DNA from: Octopus vulgaris
Lineage: Eukaryota
NCBI GenBank assembly: GCA_951406725.2
Contig: OX597817.1
Span: 164,610,001-164,674,000 of the forward strand
Direction of reading: 5' to 3'
DNA: 64,000 nt
Shown here piece by piece: positions 51,529-64,000 of the stretch. Numbering within the stretch: the stretch's first letter is position 1; every line of letters starts with the position of its first letter. The translations under genes and the position numbers were made by a program. The notes below the pieces were generated by a model. It worked only from the letters and a program-made list of their open reading frames with translations, made no database searches and had not been told where the DNA came from.

Positions 51529-52116
51529 ACATGTTAATAAAATCTTGTCAAGTTAAAGTGGAGACAATCCCTTCAAACAGGTATTGGTTTTATTAGGTCT
51601 TTCCCAGTATTCATCATCTCTAGCAATTATCACAGGAGAGATGTATATGAAATGTACAAGATGTGGCGTGACAATATGATGACAGACAGAAATTACCTAG
51701 TGACACCATCTTTATCAAAATGTCAAATGGCTTGGCTCCTTGATACCTTCCTTGAACTGTATAGATATCCTTTTTAACCAATTCAACTCCTCAGTTGTCA
51801 AAAGTCTGCCAAGTTATACATAATCATAGCCCTTTTCTCCAGACCAAATCGAAAAAAAAAAAAAAAATTCAGAGGCGCAGGGTTTCATGAAAAGGTTGCA
51901 AGATGCAACGAAAATTTTAGGAAAATAAAAATAAGAAATAATTGGAAATTTTACCGGTGAGTGTGTTACATTATAAGGCACAAAAAGAAAATGACTCTCC
52001 CCAGACACAACAGTTCATGATAAAAGTTCACCCTAAATTGTCAAACATTTATAAATTTGAGTATGAATTATTCTTAAGCAGAAACAAATTTAACTGAAGG
52101 TTCACTCAAGTCCATT

Positions 52117-53397
52117 TTAACCCTTTACTATTTAAACTGGCCATATCCAGCCTCACACATCTATCTTTCAATATCACCCCCAAAATAATCACACTGGTGT
52201 GGCTGTGTGGTAAGAAGTTTGTTGCTTCCTAACCACATGGTTCTGGGATCTGTCCCACTGTGTGACACCTTGGGTAAGTGTCTTCTACTATAGTCTTGGG
52301 ATGACCAAAACCTTGTGAGTCGATTTGGTAGAGGGAACCTGAAAGAAGTCCATTGTGTATGTATAAATCTATGTGCGTGTGTGTTTCTGTATTTGTCCCT
52401 CATCACCACTTGGCAATTAGTGTCGATGTGTTTACATCCCCATAACTTAGTGGTTTTGCGAAAGAGACTGGTAAAATAAGTACCAAAGTTAAGGTGGCGA
52501 GCTGGCAGAAATGTTAGCACGCTGGGCGAAATGCTTAGCAATATTTCATCTGCCGCTACGTTCTGAGTTCAAATTCCACCAAGGTCAATTTTGCCTTTCA
52601 TCCTTTCGGGGTCGATAAATTAAGTACCAGTTATGCACTGGGGTCGATATAATCGACTTAATCCATTTGTCTGTCCTTGTTTGTCCCCTCTGTGTGTAGC
52701 CCCTTGTGGGTAGTAAAGAAATAAGAATAAGTAGCAAAGTTAAAAAGAAGAAAAGTAAGTACTGGGATTAATTCGTTCAACTAAAAGTCTTCAACACGGT
52801 GCCCCAGCATGGCTACAGTCTGCTGAGCGAAACAAATAAAAGATAAAAGACATCGAAATCTCAAAGATATGAGATAATCCATGATTAATTCAAAGCAATG
52901 TGAAGAAATAAGCATTACATTTGACAGAGTAAAACGAATGCTAAATGGTTAACTCTTTAGCATTTAACCCTTTAGCATTTAAACCGGCCATATCTGGCCC
53001 CAATTTTCTACTTCTTTTATGTTCAAACCATCTAAATCTGGCCTCTCACTCATATCCTACCATGACATCCTCAAAATAAACCATCACATCATCAAATTCT
53101 CAGAGCTACAAGATAATGCAGGATTAATTCAAAACAATGTGAATGAAAAAGCATTATATTTGACAGAGTAATCTGAATGCTAAAGGGTTAAACTGGCCAT
53201 ATCTAGGCCAGATATTCTACCTGTTTTATATTCAAACCAACTAGATCCAGCCTTGTACACTTACCCTACAATGTCATACTAAAAACAAACAATTCTATCA
53301 TCAAAAGTCTGGAAGCTATGAGATAATGCATTATTAACTCAAAACAATGTGAAGAAATAAGCATTACATTTGAGTAATCCAAGTGCTAAGGGTTTAA
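52117..53397. mobile_element. nest of three P2 MITEs with SINE A and SINE B
   Basis: TTAA junctions at 52117, 52949, 52964 and 53188; SINE A 52195-52849 contains SINE B 52491-52726 with TSD AATAAGTAsCAAAGTTAA. Confidence 0.8.
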
Positions 53398-54495
53398 AGA
53401 AGCAAACATGAGCTGAAGAATATTAACACTTTTAAGATTCCGGTCACTTTATAGAATTACAAATGGGACATGTGACTTCAAGAAAAAAAAAAGAAAACTG
53501 TTTAATCTTATTTCAGTTTCTCCTTTACTTTCAAAATAACTATAAATATGGTCTTTACAAAGATTTTAATACAAATGTTCCTTGCAATAATTTTAATCAA
53601 AATTCCAAATCTGAAAGAAAACGGTTTTAATCTACATAGGGATGGCTAGGTGCAGGCATAGTGTGTGGTTAAGAAGTTTGCTTCTCAAGCACATGGTTTA
53701 GGGCTCAGTCCTACAATATGGTCCCATGAGCAAGTGTCTTCTACTAAAGCCTTGAGTCAAAGAAAGCCTTTTGAGTGGTTTTGGTGGAAGGAAACTGAAA
53801 TAAATCCACCATATGTTAAGACATCACATGGTTATAAATGAGCATCACCATCATACAAGCAGTGTTCCTAGTTTCCAGTTATCCCTGAAAACACATCCAG
53901 CTATGGGGAAATACAACCTTACTTGGAAACAGGTGGAAGTTGGTGACAAGAAGGGCATCCCAGCTGTAGCAAATTTGCCACAACAAATTCCATCTGATCT
54001 ATGGAAGCACGGAAAAGTAGACATTAAAGATGATGTGAAAGGCACCTGTGTTGGTGACATGTAAAATATTCTCACCCCTCTCTCTCTCTCTCATCATTTA
54101 ACATCAATGTTCAATGCTGGCATGATTTGGATATTTAGTATGAAAAATTGGTACATCCAATAACCAAACACTGCTGTATACAGTGGCTATTTAAGCACTG
54201 TGTTTAAGGATGATTAAAGGGTTGAATGGGTGCTGATGAAAGGGCAAAAAGCCTCAAAATATGGTATATACACCCATTATTCTTTTCTTATCTTTGATCT
54301 CATTGTTTACATCTGACCTCTCGTAAATGAAATGATGTAACTAAAATCAGGGCTGGCTATAATTTCTATGGAATATCTGTAGAAATAATCTTAACAAGTA
54401 ATGTAAAAGAACACTGCTAATGCAATAGAATTTGGTGCTTACTTATAAAAACATTTAATATACTTTCTAGAATATTATCATTGCATAACAAAATA

Positions 54496-55060
54496 TTGGG
54501 TTGTCCGGAAAGTTTGTGCTGATTTTTAAAGGAAAGGAAAAGGTCAATAAATACTTGCCATTACATTTTTAATCAACCAAATAGAAATATTTTGTTGCAC
54601 AATGCATCTCCATCTTCCCTTTAACTTGAAAATACCCTCTTCCCAGAATTGAGGTGGTTTCATGGCAAGGAATTCCTCAAGGTATCTTTTTACCTCATCC
54701 AAGGAATTGAAATTTTTACCATTAAGACTATTCTGCAGAGACCTGAATAAGTGGAAATCTGAAGGAGCAATATCTGGTGAATATGGATGGTGAGGTAACA
54801 TATCCCAGCCGAGCTGCAGCAATTTTTGTCTGGTTCCCAAAGCATCAAGTGCCGAAAATGAACTTTCTTATCTTCCATTTTAAAGGGTTACAGAATTAAC
54901 ACAGGTTATAGGAACATAAACCTTCTTCCACGAAAAGATAGCTTAAACTGTGCTCTAAATGGAGGTGTAGTCAAATCCTACTTTATAGACTCAACCATGT
55001 TCTAAAATAAGTCGAAAGGTAAGCTACTATAAATCGGCATGAACTTTCTGGACAACCCAA
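54496..55060 (-). mobile_element. complete internally deleted mariner (565 bp)
   Basis: Both TIRs, TA on each side, MEDKKVHFRHLML joined to LPHHPYSPDIAPSDFHLFRSL. Confidence 0.93.
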
Positions 55061-55654
55061 TACCTCATACCTGCAAGTCATTGGTGTTAGTAGAGTTACA
55101 TTAAAGAACAATGGACATACAAGTAGAGACAATTTGTACAGGTACTAGAGAAAAGGACCACAAAATAATAATCAATTAGTAACTTTGGTTGGAAATATTT
55201 TTTCTCATAGTTAAATGCGATTCTTGGTTATGAATATATAAATATAGTGGGGTCCTTTTTTTATAGGGATTTCTATATTAAGAGTTAATTTGTTCTATGA
55301 ATACATCCTAACCAAGAAATCTGTTGAAGTTTGCTAAAGGGCTTCAAATTCTAAAATAGAAAATTAGCTGTGATTGTCTTGTAGTAATTAGCTAAACTGA
55401 TAATGAAGACATTAACGAAGAAATAATGTCAGGGACATTGACATACTAATGTTCAAGTATGACCCATGTCATTTTATATATAGAATGACATTAATTATTA
55501 GCATGTGTAACAACATCATTATCATCATCATCATCATCATAATTATTATAATTATTATTATTATTATCATCATCATTATTATTACCAGTTACTGCAATGA
55601 GGAGGAGGTGGAGGAATGTGATTGGGATGAAGAAAGTGACCCCAGTGAACCTAC

Positions 55655-55763
55655 CTTGGGACCAGGAAGGAAGTACTAGCGGCAGCAGCAGCAGATATGA
55701 AAGTATTCACGTCAGCATGCTACCATGCGAACATTGCAGAAGGCTTTTATAAGACTCACAGCG
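55655..55763 (-). other. candidate cassette exon with in-frame stop
   Basis: Acceptor TCTTTATCTCTTCCATTTAG, donor AAG|GTAGGT; phase-0 reading RCESYKSLLQCSHGSMLT*. Confidence 0.4.
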
Positions 55764-56182
55764 CTAAATGGAAGAGATAAAGAATAGTTTATTACAGTTT
55801 AGATTTTGGAATGTTAAACACATTCTCTGTGATAGATTTCTGCATCAAAATAGAAAAATACAGAAAACTAAAATTTTCACATGATGAGAATTGTGTAGAC
55901 ACAAAATAATTATTGTTTGAGGATTTGAATTTTGGTTAAAATTATTGCAAGGAATATGTTTATAGTTATTTTAAAAACAAAGAAGAAATCAAAATGTAAT
56001 TAAAAAGATCTTTCTACAAATATCATATCCAACCATAAAATAGGGGTCGTTTTAAATGATATAGATAAAATAAATTAGTAAATAAATACAGTTGATGCTC
56101 AGCTTCATACAGGGCTCACTATATTCAGAAATTGAACCTTCAAATAGTTATTGGTGAAGGAAACTGTAATGAAACACCTCCT

Positions 56183-56563
56183 TACTCTTTTACTTGTTTC
56201 AGTCATTTGATTGCGGCCATGCTGGAGCACCACCTTTAATCGAGCAAAGTTGACTCCAGGACTTATTCTTTGTAAGCCTAGTACTTATTCTATCGGTCTC
56301 TTTTGCTGAACTGCTAAGTTACGGGGACATAAACACACCAGCATCGGTAGTCAAGCAATGTTAGGGGGAGGACAAACACTGACACACAAACACACACACA
56401 TAGATATACACACACACACACATATATGTATATATATATATATATGACGGGCTTCTTTCAGCCTGAGGCTATAGTAGAAGACACTTGCCCAAGGTGCTAC
56501 GCAGTGGGACTGAACCTGGAACCATATGGTTGGTAAGCAAGCTACTTACCACACAGCCACTCC
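56183..56563 (-). mobile_element. SINE family A
   Basis: Matches the other copies. Confidence 0.9.
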
Positions 56564-58293
56564 TTCTTTAACATTATTCAATAATAAAGTCCAAAGCTGC
56601 TTCTTTTGCTATTTTAGCCAAACAGAAACTTAAATTATAGCAAAAGACAGTACATAGCTACAGCCTTTTCATTCAATCTAAGAATAGTGTCAGAGATATT
56701 GCTTGGCTGGAGACAGTACAGAAATATTTTTAGATTTTGTAAAAAAACAGTTCTGAGTTAATAAAGAGAAAGTTGCTCACTCCTTTTGTTTTTATAACTG
56801 TTAGCTTATTGTTGAGTGATAAACGACAGTCATAGAAATATTACTCACAGAGAGAGCTTCTAATTGGAAGGATTTTGTATAGAACAAAAATCAAATATTG
56901 AATATAAAAATCAATATTGGTAAATTTAAGGATAAATGAATGCACACTTTCAGCATTATTGGAAATATGATGTAATATTTCTCTTGGATAGATGAGTAAA
57001 AAAGTAAAACAAAAAAATCCACAACTTACAAGTTACTATCCTGTCTCTGTTTTACTCAATTATTTCCAACCATATTTTTCATTACATGTACCTCAATTAA
57101 TTGCAGCATGTAATTATAAGCAAATGTTTTGATAAACTATATTATGCAAATCTCTTGTCCAAATTTCTTTCCTCTGGATATGTCCAGAATGTTAAGGATC
57201 TGAGTCTTACAAACCTTTCTCATTACAGAAATTCTGGAGTTTTCAAAATATCTGTCACATTCCATAATTCAATACTCCTTCTTATCAAAGACAACCAGCC
57301 TCTTGCACTCCTATGAAATAATATGCTAATTCGCCCCATCTTTTAAATCCAGCAATTCTTTGATGAAGGACAGTAACCATCATTACATCTTCCAATGATG
57401 CTTAATAGATTGTTATTAATATTTAAATACTAAAATTCAAATGTCATATCAAAGAACCATTCTCAACATAAAATAAACACCCATCACAATGCACATTGGG
57501 ATTAACTGTCTCAAGTCACTTCTCAGTATTGCTATAATCACACCACATCACATAACATCACACAAATAACTCCAATACAAAATATACCCATCATTACATA
57601 TATTAACCCTTTTACTGTGGAAATCAGATATACTCCCTCAAAATTTCATTATCCTTATCTGCAGAAAGCAGTTTTAATATATCAGTCTAGCTTTTGTTGA
57701 GGAATGTCATGTTGGAAACTGTTTTTGTCAAGATATGTCAAGTTTATAGGCCATACACTATTGACTTTTCCAATCCTTCTTCCCCACAACACGCTCCTTC
57801 TGAGATTCCCTTTTTTGCTCATACTTTACCTGCAACTGACGTCCAGTAGTTAATCAAGAACCGCATCAACTTTGTCAATCTCAGTCTTGTAAGCTCTTCA
57901 AAGGCCTTGAGTACAAACCTCTTCCTCCAGATCAAACCATTAGAACTAACTATATCATTTGTGTACTCTTTAATCATACACACAGTACTCTATCAGATTT
58001 ATTTTTCTGACCCATGTGGGTCTCACTTGAGCTTTGTATAGGTTTACTATCTATTTGAAGATGAAGTATGAAGGCATGTGACCTAATGGTTGGGATGTTC
58101 CACCCAGAATCATGAGACTGAACCCAAAGCCATGTGGTTACCAATCGAGTGTCTTAACCACACGGCCACGTTTATTATTTACCAATGTATTCTGATTGAA
58201 AGTGCAACAAAAACAAGGTAGAACAAAGACACGAACCATTGAAACAATGATAAGATAAATGGAAAATGTGTAGACCTAGCCATATATATATAA

Positions 58294-58645
58294 AAGACCC
58301 CCTTCGGTCATGAGTGACCATGGGTTTGCACCTAGAGAGTTACCCTCTGAGGCACAAGTCTGGGCAAGGTTGTTTTTTTTTTTTTTTTTTTTATGGAAGA
58401 CCAGTAGTCGCCCATCCATACCGGCCTCCCCTCTCCACGCCACCAGTGTTATCCAAGGGAAAGGCAAAGGGGCCGATACAGCTTGGCACCTGTGACGTCG
58501 CAACTCATTTCTACAGCTGAGTGAACTGGAGCAACGTGAAATAAAGTGCCTTGCTCAAGAACACAGCACGCAGCCCGGTCCGGGATTCGAGCTCACAACC
58601 TCACGATCGTAAGCTCGACGCTCTAACCACTGAGCCATGCGCCTT
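58294..58645 (-). mobile_element. SINE family F (tRNA head, V/CORE-like body)
   Basis: GGCGCATGGCTCAGTGGTTAGAGC..CTCGAATCC; TTCTTGAGCAAGGCACTT..CACTCAGCTGTAGAAATGAGT. Confidence 0.8.
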
Positions 58646-58648
58646 CTC

Positions 58649-58690
<42 letters not shown>

Positions 58691-58691
<1 letters not shown>

Positions 58692-59108
58692 TCTTTTACT
58701 CTTTTACTTGTTTCAGTCATTTGACTGCGGCCATACTGGAGCACCGCCTTTTTTTTTTTAGTCGGGCAAATCGACCCCAGGACTTATTCTTTGGAAGCCT
58801 AGTACTTATTCTATCAGTCTCTTTTGCCGAACCGCTAAGTTACGGGGACGTAAACACACCAGCATCGGTTGTCAAGCGATGTTGGGAGGACAAACACAGA
58901 CTCACAAACACACACACACACACATATATATATATACATATATACAACAGGCTTCTTTCAGTTTCCGTCTACCAAATTCACTCACAAGGCTTTGGTCGGC
59001 CCGAGGCTATAGTAGAAGACACTTGCCCAAGGTGCCACGCAGTGGGACTGAACCCGGGACCATGTGGTTGGTAAGCAAGCTACTTACCACACAGCCACTC
59101 CTACGCCT
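58691..59108 (-). mobile_element. SINE family A, full length
   Basis: Young-looking copy. Confidence 0.92.
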
Positions 59109-59611
59109 ATATATAAAATAAAATACAAAATGGTACAAGAACACAAAACATCCAGACAACTAGGTGATACAAAAGGGGACAACAAAACATCCAGATAGAC
59201 GATACAAAAAAACATGGATGGGTCATTCAAAGCCTTTTATCTTCAGTCAAGAACCGGATCATCCTCACAATTTCGGCTGATTAATCTTGAGATTGCTCCA
59301 ATCTGGCCAGCCCCAAGGAAAAACTAAGAGCATTAGATTCCTTGGAAAAAAGCATCGAATGTGTATGAAACAAGGACGGAAAAACAGGCGACGTTACATG
59401 AATATAAATACAAAAATACAATAAAAAAAAAACAATAATAATAATAATAACAGGACATAACAACAGGCGTCTTTCGACTGGGGACGAATTGAATTCAGCT
59501 GTTCTCTTATATATATATATATATATATATAGTCATAAAGGCTAACACTACAGGCAATTTTTGTAATAAAGAAAATGAAGCAATGGAATATTGTAATAAA
59601 AAAATACTAAC

Positions 59612-59741
59612 CTCAGATCTCAGGGCAACATGTTGTTCTTTATCTCCATCTAATAATTCACATTCCCAATCTTGGTCTTCATCTACAGCAGCTGGATCAA
59701 AACTGTACAATGGCATCAGATGGTGCCGAAGTTTGTCTAAC
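59612..59741 (-). CDS. C3orf18-like: internal exon of a C3orf18/SMIM29-family small membrane protein
   Basis: (R)LDKLRHHLMPLYSFDPAAVDEDQDWECELL matches the recalled motifs RLEKLRHQLMPMYNFDP (C3orf18) and RVDRLRHHLLPMYSYDP (SMIM29); AACAG acceptor, GAG|GTTAGT donor. Confidence 0.88.
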
Positions 59742-60227
59742 CTGTTACCAAACAACACAATTTCTCAGTCTACATAAAACATATTAAACGTGTAAACAAT
59801 GTTACAATCATATATTTAATAAAAACAGGCAGATCTCAACTTATACCACTTTGAGTTGTGTACATACACACATGCATGCATGCATACATACATACAATAC
59901 ACATACATACATGCATACACACACACACACACACATGCAGTAAGTCTGTGTGAGAGTCACCCTGGAAATGTCTAAAAAAGGCTTGTAGTATGCAACTCCA
60001 TAAAGGAAAATGAAAGGAAAGAGAAAGCATGGAGGAAAGGATGTGAAACAAGTGTGAATATTCTTACTTTCTAGAAATATTTTCAGTTCAAATGATGAGA
60101 AAGCACACTTATATATAAGTATAAATATTTTGGTTTGCATTTGAAATTATATCGAAACAGCATTTCAGATTTTCAGAAATGTTTTCATTATTACCAATAC
60201 ATTATAGTAGGGTACCTTTATACAAAT

Positions 60228-60533
60228 AGTAGAGGCACATGGCCTAGTGGTTTGAGCAGTGGTCTTGCGGTCGAGGGATCGTGGGTTCGAATCTCAGACC
60301 GGGCGATGTGTGTGTTTATGAGCGAAATACCTAAGCTCCACACGGCTCTTGCAGAAGGTAATGGCGAACTTCTGCTGACTCTTTCGCTACAACTTTCTCT
60401 CACTCTTTCCTCCTGCATCTTGTAGCTCACCTGCGATGGACCGGCGTCCCGTCTAGGTGGGGAACATATACGCCAAGGAAACCGGCCCTTAAGAGCCAGG
60501 CATGGCTCAAGAAGGAACAAACCTATAAACAAA
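60228..60533 (+). mobile_element. SINE family E2
   Basis: tRNA head and GGAAACCGGCCCT..GAGCCAGGCATGGCTC tail. Confidence 0.85.
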
Positions 60534-61929
60534 CAGTTCTCTGAGTGAACAATTCAAATAATGATTGGTGTTTTTCTGAAGAAAATTCAACTTGCATAAC
60601 AAACTAAAATTTGATCAACAAGCCGCAAACAGACTGCACACATGCAATTAACTGAAAATCTATTCACTTAGAGAACAGAAATTTGAACAAAACATCGGTT
60701 GACAATGCATGCATATAAATGGTTGGGAGAGCAAGTACAAGAGGTTTGTTAATGTCCATGCACACATTCCATGTAGCTTGCAACTTTTCATATATTTATA
60801 TAGAAAACAATATTTCTCTCTTCATTTTGTATTTGGTTTGCCAAGTTCTTCATATGAATTCATGAGTTGAAACAAATTTTGCTGCAGCTTGGGAGAGTCA
60901 TTGCATCAATAATAACACATGCACGGGTTCAATTCCACTTCTTTATTGTTAGTCAGTTGATTAGCTATCTAATAAACTAACTAATCAATTGTTTGTTAGT
61001 CAAAGTTCTTTTGTCGCTGTTTGCACCCTTTTCAGTGACTTTCTTTCTTCAAGGTCTGATCTGCGTCTGAATACTTCACATATTTTTTTGCTAAAATCAT
61101 AACCAAAGATTGACAGCAGCAAGACAAAGAGAAACAAACACACACATATATACATTATACTTATGTCTTTGCTATGAATGGATGGACAAATAAAACACCA
61201 TTTTACAACTTTATGTGGAGTTTGAGTGTGGCTTGGAATGGATAAACCTGTCTATATGCATTTTAATTACTCATGTAATGAACAAGGCTCTGGAATGGAT
61301 TATATAATAATAATAATGAAATTATTGTATACAGTGCTCAGGTGCACTACAACTTGTCAAAAGTGCATATAAAGCATATGCAGTAATGTACAAATGTCTG
61401 GGAAGTGAACAGTGTATGAGTCAGATATATATATTCTTTTATTCTGTTATTTGTTTCAGTCTTTTGACTGAGGCCATGCTGGAGCACCACCTTTAGTCAA
61501 ACAAATCGACCCCAGGACTTATTCTCTGTAAGCTTAGTACTAATGCTATCAGTCTCTTTTGTCGAACTGCTAAGTTACGGGGACATAAACACACCAGCAT
61601 CAGTTGTCAAACAATGGTAGGGGGACAAACACAGACACACAAACACACACATGACAGACTTCTTTCAGTTTCTGTCTACCAAATCCACTCACAAGGCTAT
61701 AGTAGAAGACACTTGCCCAATTTAAATACAGTTTGACTCAGCTCCATATGACTTAAAGTTTTGTGGGTGTGTCCTACACATCCACAAAACTAAGTCTTGC
61801 TTATATTTCATAACAGTGACCAATACAAAAACTTGCACCGTTTCCTACAATACCTAGAGTTTGTGTGTAAGTGTGTTTGCTTTATTTTACAGGTTGTAAT
61901 AACATTTTGGGCAAGCAATCTATTTTAAA

Positions 61930-62315
61930 CTAGCAGTATCGCCCGGCGTTGCTCAGGTTTCTAAGGGAAATAACTATAAAGCATTTTTAGAGAGTTATAG
62001 CCAAAAGATAGCAAAAAAATGGAAAAAAATGATGGTAAATTTTTTTTTTAGAGTAAAAAAAGGTGGAGTTGCGTCCCCTAGACAGTCTGTGGTTTATTTT
62101 TTTTGATTCTCGACCCCATGTCGAATTTATCGATTTTTTTTAGAACTGGGGGAACTTTTCAAAATTTTCGCTGCGTTAGTTTTGAATTATGCCATTGGGC
62201 TATGTGTGTGTCAAGTTTCATCAGAATCGGTTGAAAGCCGTGGTCAGGGTGAGGGTACAAGCAAACAGACACACAGAAACACGCACAGACAAACTGCCGT
62301 TTATATATAGAGAGA
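61930..62315 (-). mobile_element. non-autonomous Helitron (second subfamily)
   Basis: Same CTAG end and hairpin as 23902, different interior. Confidence 0.75.
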
Positions 62316-62699
62316 TAAATATAAAAAAAAAGAAATGTATAATTTGTTAGTTTAAAAATTTCACTTTTTCCCTGAATTTTGTCTTTAGTTTTGTTGGTTC
62401 ATTAAATTTCTTCAAAATTTCATTTGAAGCACACTTAATATTCCATATACTCTTTACTCTTTTACTTGTTTCAGTCATTTGACTGCGGCCATGCTGGAGC
62501 ATCACCTTGAGTCGAGTAAATCGACCACAGGACTTATTCTTTGTAAGCCTAGCACTTATTCTATCAGTCTCTTTTGCTGAACCGCTAAGTTACAGGGACG
62601 TAAACACACCACCATCAGTTATCAAGCAATGGGGGGGGGGCAAACACAGACACACAAACATATACACACACACACATATATATATGTATTTATATTTCC

Positions 62700-63261
62700 T
62701 TCTTGTGACACTTGTGAAGACCTGTTGAGGCAAGTGAAAATCAAATCAAAATCAAATCAAATCAAAACAAATCAAAATAGATGAACATCAATGGAATTTG
62801 TATCTTTGTGGACCAGTGCCGGTGGCACACAAGAAAATCATCCGAACGTGGCCGTAGCCAGTACCGCATAGACTGGCCTCCGTGCTTTGGGGACGTAACA
62901 AACACCATCCGATCGTGGCCGTCCGCCAGCCTCATCTGGCACCTGTGTCGGTGGCACATAAAAACACCATCCGAGCGTGGCCGTCTGCCAGCCTCGTCTG
63001 GCACCTGTGTCGGTGGCACATAAAAACACCATCCGAGCGTGGCCGTTCGCCAGCCTCGTCTGGCACCTGTGTCGGTGGCACATAAAATCACCCACTACAC
63101 TCTCGGAGTGGTTGGCGCTAGGAAGGGCATCCAGCTGTAGAAACACTGCCAGATCTGACTGGCCTGGTGCAGCCTTCGGGCTCCCCAGACCCCAGTTGAA
63201 CCGTCCAACCCATGCTAGCATGGAAAACGGACGCTAAATGATGATGATGATGATGATGATG
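62700..63261 (+). mobile_element. SINE family C, longest copy by 5' extent
   Basis: (AAATC)n leader, about 4 internal units of about 62 bp, core, (GAT)n. Confidence 0.88.
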
Positions 63262-63262
63262 A

Positions 63263-63454
63263 TATATATTTATATATATATATGTATTTATATATATATA
63301 TATTTATATATATATGTATATATATATATATATGTATATATATATGTATATATGTATATATATATGTATATATATATATATATGTATATATATATGTATA
63401 TATGTATATATATATGTATATATATATATATATATGTGTATATATATATGTATA

Positions 63455-63503
<49 letters not shown>

Positions 63504-63643
63504 GTATATATATATGTATATATATATATATATGTATATATATATGTATATATATATGTATATATATGTGTATATATATATATGTGTATATATATATATA
63601 TGTATATATATGTGTATATATATATATATGCATATATATGTGT
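63263..63643. repeat. (TA)/(TATG) microsatellite
   Basis: About 380 bp of TA-rich dinucleotide repeat. Confidence 0.97.
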
Positions 63644-64000
63644 ATCATCATCATTTAGCGTCCGTTTTCCATGCTAGCATGGGTTGGACGGTTCAACTGA
63701 GGTCTGTGAAGCCGGAAGGCTTCATCAGGCCCAGTCAGATCGGGCAGTGTTTCTACGGCTGGATGCCCTTCCTAACGCCAACCACTCCGTGAGTGTAGTG
63801 GGTACTTTTTATGTGCCACCCGCACAGGGGCCAGACAGAGCTGGCAAACGGCCACGAACGGATGGTGCTTTTACGTGCCACCGGCACGGGGGCCAGGCGA
63901 GGCTGGCAATGGACACGAACGGATGGTGCTTTTACGTGCCACCGGCATGGGGGCCAGGCGAGGCTGGCAATGGACACGAACGGATGGTGCTTTTACGTGC
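63644..64000 (-). mobile_element. SINE family C (runs off the window)
   Basis: Tail-to-tail with the 62700 copy. Confidence 0.88.

Noticed and set aside
55449-55679. ORF with poly-Ile and acidic tail
   Set aside because: Built from ATT/ATC microsatellite, antisense within an intron.
59200-59345. Hammerhead in a TA-flanked repeat (GGCTG..CAGCC-GAAA on minus strand)
   Set aside because: No correctly placed CUGANGA box; not counted.
60995-61091. Possible upstream exon of the C3orf18-like gene
   Set aside because: Stops in frame, has no TM segment or donor, and belongs to a repeat family also seen at 30040 and 51880.
63238-63792. Ile/Tyr-rich ORFs
   Set aside because: Translation of TA microsatellite.

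Overview
AT-rich, microsatellite- and transposon-dense eukaryotic DNA. The SINE repertoire looks like octopus (coleoid cephalopod); this is an inference from recalled family motifs, not a database result. Two convergent protein-coding genes are partly visible. (1) A + strand gene has a 33-bp microexon (10887-10919) and a terminal exon (22531-22629) encoding an acidic tail, followed by a long U-rich 3' UTR to about 29.1 kb; its identity is uncertain, with a weak hint of non-muscle myosin II. (2) A - strand C3orf18/SMIM29-family gene has exons at 59741-59612 and 50701-50642, plus a candidate stop-containing cassette exon at 55763-55655. The rest is nested TEs: at least six SINE families, CR1/RTE/Jockey-like LINE fragments, mariner, piggyBac-like and pogo-like MITEs, and non-autonomous Helitrons. 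One SINE copy has expanded its internal 63-bp unit to 25 copies. The most unusual signal is about nine minimal type-I hammerhead-ribozyme-like motifs from several Penelope-like non-autonomous families, many in foldbacks next to (TA)n, including one in the tail of a tRNA-headed (Pol III) SINE. Apart from the exon- and TE-derived ones, the supplied ORFs, including all the long ones, are repeat artefacts.
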